DNA of 53,451 nucleotides from Octopus bimaculoides (Eukaryota). The notes beneath the pieces are model-generated. The model had not been told where the DNA came from. It saw nothing but the letters and a program-made list of their open reading frames with translations, and searched no databases. The position numbers and the translations under genes are program-made. Of the stretch, positions 48,837 through 53,451 are shown piece after piece (position 1 is the first letter of the stretch; every line of letters starts with the position of its first letter). The DNA lies in the NCBI RefSeq assembly GCF_001194135.2, contig NC_068994.1:40393511-40446961 (forward strand). The letters run 5' to 3'.

Positions 48837-49081
48837 AGCACTTTTGTCAAAATTCTAGCTACACCCATGTTTTATTTCCTGTGAAACATACAACCGATCA
48901 TTAGAGTTGTATATTATTATGAGATGTATTAGCCATTAATTATTTGATTTACAATATAGTTAATGAAGTTGTTTTAAGAGAAATATTTGAGAGACATAAA
49001 GTTTAAGTTTGATTCTCATAAATCAGCATTTTTAAAATTTACTTTTCAAAACTCTTCCAAAATATTTCTTTCACCTTACAG

Positions 49082-49198
49082 AAAAAAATGAAGATAAGAA
49101 GAAAAGAAAAAAGATAAACTTCTGCACAAAAGATAGAAAAGGACAGACTGACATCTTGGAGTACTTCACATCAGAAAAGATAAAGAAAAAATATTCAG
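49082..49198 (+). CDS. Candidate 117-bp phase 1-1 exon with a PIP-box-like motif
   Basis: atatttctttcaccttacag| ... TCAG|gtatta; open frame KNEDKKKRKKINFCTKDRKGQTDILEYFTSEKIKKKYS. A-rich, so it could be chance. Confidence 0.25.
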
Positions 49199-49887
49199 GT
49201 ATTACAAAAAAATTGAGTTAAACTTTACACACAGTATATGTAACATTCATAGGAACATAACAAAAGTAAGAATTCCAAGTTGAAATAAAAACAACGTGCA
49301 GAATATGGGGATATAGCTTGAAGTACAAAAAGTTTTTCATTAGATATTCAAGAACTGATCAAAGAGAAAATATCTTCTACTAAACTTAATCCAAAATATA
49401 TATTTTTTTTTTCCAAAAATGGCTCACGTTGGTTTCTGAAGTATTTTTTCTTGAAGCATTGTTAGATTATATGACAGATATTTTAATGGAAAAAATGTTT
49501 AAAAATATAAAAGAAGCTTTTTTGTTTTTGTTAAAAGGAAGGGTTTTATGCTTCTATTCTAAAATAGTAAGAACTGAGTATCCCATTTTCTAAACTATAA
49601 TTTAGAAGCAAAACTCTTCTAGTATTAAGGATTTCATTCTAAGATAAATATTAGAACATGAGTCATTTTAATTCTTTAAGAACACACAAAACTGTTCTAT
49701 ATGTCCACTGTTCATTTAGTTCTTAGTTTATTAAAAACATAATCAGACTTCTGGAATCTAGTCATTGGTACAATTCTCCTGCTTCTGAATTTACTTCTAG
49801 GTTATTCTATCAAACACTTTTAGTCAAACAAACCAACATTGATAGTAAAACAACCAATGACAAATACAAAAGCATGTATGGACACAT

Positions 49888-49934
<47 letters not shown>

Positions 49935-51478
49935 AACATACACATACACACATATAAACATACAATACACATGCACACACATACACAATGGGCTTCACAC
50001 AGTTTCCATCTACTTTATTATTCATTTCCAAGACATTGGTCAATTAACTTAATGTTACACTAAAAGATACTTGCTCAAAGTGCTGCACAATGAGTCACTG
50101 CATCCAGAACCATGTGGTTGCAAAGCAACTTTTAAGCATACAGCTTTGTCTGATCCTTGTGTAAAACATTTACTCTATTTCTGATGACACAACAGCAAAT
50201 GCCTTTAGATTTATACATTTAAAATTATATATTACTTACTTTCCCTCACTTGCACACTGAGAGAAGTACTCTAACAATTGTGGTTACAACAGATAACAGT
50301 CGCTGCTCATCAATAGTTAGTGTTTGTTAATGGGTGCATGTGTGGATATGGTAAAGGATCAGTGTGGTAAATGACTGACAACAAATGTTCTAATGATGTG
50401 GAAATAATTGAAAAAATAGAACAATGCAGGCAAAGCTTTACAGGGGAAAATTAAGGAAGAAATAGGTGACAAGATATTGAATGGGAAAGAATGAAATGTA
50501 AATGGAGAAATGTTACAAAAAAAAGTGTTAAATGAAGAAAAGATGTTTTGATCTAACTGTTGACAATGAAAGCTGAACATCCCACATGATGAAAGCAAGA
50601 ACTCACTTGACAACAATTAGGAAATGAAATAAAAAACAAAAGTGATTTCTATTATTACAGGGAAGGGTAAGAAATGATTGAGTCTGGTTGTAAGGAGAAA
50701 ATGATTAGCGTTAGCAGTAACGACAATTCAAAATGGAGTTAAATTGCATTTTTTTTTTATTGTAATACTATGTTTGTATCAGACTAGTTTTTTCCTCCCC
50801 AACCCAATTTATTTCGGCGTATTTCATGATAGAAGCATTCAGGAAAACGATATAATTAGAAGGAAAACATTCTACTTAAAACAGGAAAAAAAAAAAAAAG
50901 TACATAGAAGTACTAATAGGGAGAAGGAAAGCAATAAAACAAAACAGTAACATAAATATTTGATGGAATTGAATGAGTTGAAAATTGGAATTGATAAAGT
51001 TGAAAATGAAGCAAGAGAGAAATAAAGAAAATTGGAATGGAGGAGAAGTTCTTATTTAAATGCTAAGGATGGATGAGAAGATGTTGAGCAACATAATCTA
51101 AGAATGGCATAAAGATTGGAAATATGATACTATAGAGAGAACACTTATGGAATCATCATCATCATCATTTAGCATACATATATATAAATAATATATGAGT
51201 GTATATGCATATATATGTACATGTATGTACATACCTTCATCTACATGTATATATAGATGCATATCTGGGTACATGACGTTGCAAAAAAACATGGACAAAA
51301 TGATAAACAAGGTACAGAAAACACACAGGCCACATAGAGAACATTTCCTTTATCAGCTGCCACCATTATAACACTGGCGTTTCGAAGAGTTATATACATG
51401 TGTATATAAATATGTAGGAATGTATATATATACATGCATATATTTATGCATATATAAATATGAGTATGTATGTGTGTA

Positions 51479-51536
<58 letters not shown>

Positions 51537-51599
51537 GGTGGTGCCTCAAGGCTGAAACATATAAAAGAATATATTCAAACTATTGATAAAGGCCACTTG

Positions 51600-51765
51600 A
51601 ATGATGTTGTCCTCTAAGATAGTCCTGTTTAACTCCAGGGAGACATCTCTGGCTGGTCTATTCAGTGCACTTCTTGCCCTTGACATTTATTGCAAGCTGA
51701 GGATAACTCCTGCTATTCCTAGCTCCAAGACCACCAGACCATCCATGTACTTTCGATCTGTATTG
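51600..51765 (-). mobile_element. Decayed LINE reverse transcriptase fragment
   Basis: KYMDGLVVLELGIAGVILSLQ*MSRARSALNRPARDVSLELNRT resembles Y.DD.V........LQ.M...L......GL.LN..KT. Confidence 0.4.
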
Positions 51766-51980
51766 GATCTCCTTGGTGGTGGGTTCTTGTTTCGCTAGGC
51801 ATGGCAGCAGTTTAATCTCACTTGTAATATACAGAAAACACAGGGTCATACAGTCACTAATTTTGTAACTAGGAAACTAGTCTGTTAGAAAATCTCTGTT
51901 CATGATAGAAGCAGTATACAAATCCTATATATATATATATATATATGCATGCATATATATATATGTATATATATATAATA

Positions 51981-52196
51981 CAAGGGATACTAAAAAGTTC
52001 CTGGCTTTAAGGGTATTGTGAAAGGCCTGGTTGGAGGCCCAAACTTCTGAGTTCTTTTACAGAGCTTAGAAAAACTGAAGGACTGCTGCAATAATTGTGT
52101 GAATCTGAGAGGGGAATATGGTGAATAAAATCATAATAAACTGATCCTCATGTATTTTTTTTTATCCAAAGCCAGGAATTTTTAAGCACCCCGTCT
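51981..52196 (+). mobile_element. Mariner-derived MITE, second copy
   Basis: Aligns end to end with 9560-9774; TA at 51979-80. Confidence 0.8.
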
Positions 52197-53145
52197 TATA
52201 TGTGTATGTATGCACATGTGTGTGTTAGTGAATGTGTGTGTGTATGCACGCGCTCAGGCATACGTGTGTGTGTGTGTGTGTGCTTGTGTATGTATGTATA
52301 TGTATGTATGCATGCATGCATAGAAAAATGTATCTGGCATTTATGCTCATATACATTATATAAAGCATGTAGTTATGTTTTGGGTGCTCATTTGTTTCTT
52401 CACATGAGTGTATCCAGAGTTATAATAAATGTTGTCAAACATCGTCGAGCATAGAAATGGAATGTGGAACATTTCTACAGTGCCCGAACTTTTGGCAACA
52501 TATCATGCCTTTTGGTGCACTGTGTAAGGTATATGGTATGTATGTATGTGTGTGTGTGTGTGTGTATGTGTGTGTATACATGTACACATTAGTATATCTT
52601 GATGCCATACACTTCACCAGGCACTTTTGTCTCAGTGTCTGAATGAAAATTTTCCTCCTATTCACATGTTTTGTTACAACTATTTTATTCAAATAAAAAT
52701 AGGTTATTTGAATTGCTATTAATGTATGTCATATATTATAAAATTATCTCAAAAGAATTTATTGATATTTCAAATGCATTTAATATGTTTGTTTCAATTG
52801 GTTACATAACAACTTTCTATTTCAGTGCTACACTCATCAGTTCATTACAAACAAAACATACAAATGGAAAAAAGTTTACTTCAATATATTGTGGTAGGCA
52901 GGAAAAATTCACATATAACCAGAGTAAGATACATAGAAAGAAATAAATAAAGAAAAAGGGAAGAAGAAAAAGGGTAAATGAAAAAGGGAGAAAGAAAAAG
53001 ATAAGAGAAACATGAGCTTATAAACAAGAAGAAAATATACCCAATATAGATTTAGAAAAGAAGAGTAACTAATGTAAGATTGGGATTTATTTTCTCTTAC
53101 TATTTAGAGATTTTATGAATTTCTATCTTATAGCTGATTACATGT

Positions 53146-53451
53146 CATCATCATCATCATCATCATCGTTTAACGTCCGCTTTCCATGCTAGCATGGGTT
53201 GGACGATTTGACTGAGGACTGGTGAAACCGGATGGCAACACCAGGCTCCAGTCTGATTTGGCAGAGTTTCTACAGCTGGATGCCCTTCCTAACGCCAACC
53301 ACTCAGAGAGTGTAGTGGGTGCCTTTACGTGTCACCCGCACGAAAACGGCCACGCTCGAAATGGTGTCTTTTATGTGCCACCCGCACAAGCCAGTCCAGG
53401 GGCACTGGCAACGATCTCGCTCGAAAATCCTACAGGAGCCAGTCAGGCGGT
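53146..53451 (-). mobile_element. Young RTE LINE 3' end, continuing beyond the window
   Basis: (cat)n-cgtttaacgtccgctttccatgctagcatggg...cagctggatgcccttcctaacgccaacc; CpG-rich. Confidence 0.88.

Noticed and set aside
51337-51390. Minus-strand CGAAAC ... CTGATAA motifs suggesting a type II hammerhead or Penelope end
   Set aside because: G8 is absent, no UH follows the candidate stem III, and stems I and II cannot be built.
53212-53245. CTGAGGA-CTGGT-GAAA hammerhead-like core in the RTE tail
   Set aside because: CTGGT cannot form stem II and no stem I/III arrangement fits; it is also antisense to the element.

Overview
AT-rich eukaryotic (animal) genomic DNA, mostly intronic or intergenic, dense in microsatellites and transposon relics, with five N gaps. 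The SINE, RTE and MITE families resemble those I recall from octopus genomes; this species assignment is an inference. Most ORFs in the track are microsatellite or gap artefacts. The only well-supported host coding sequence is the last two coding exons of an unidentified minus-strand gene (37360-37201 and 33253-32973), which splice in phase into a proline-rich, disordered C-terminus. Mobile DNA includes three tRNA-derived SINE families, RTE, CR1/L2 and Dong/R4 LINE fragments, a full-length intron-containing Tc1 element, two mariner relics, and mariner, piggyBac-like and hAT MITEs. The most notable signal is a type I hammerhead ribozyme fold (20126-20189). It sits in a GC-rich, hairpin-packed ~270-nt insert nested in a SINE microsatellite and is a candidate retrozyme or Penelope-like element. 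Its 3' end resembles the unit ends of a ~160-bp tandem array at 40.4-41.5 kb. All calls are by eye from the sequence and remembered consensus motifs; no database search was run.
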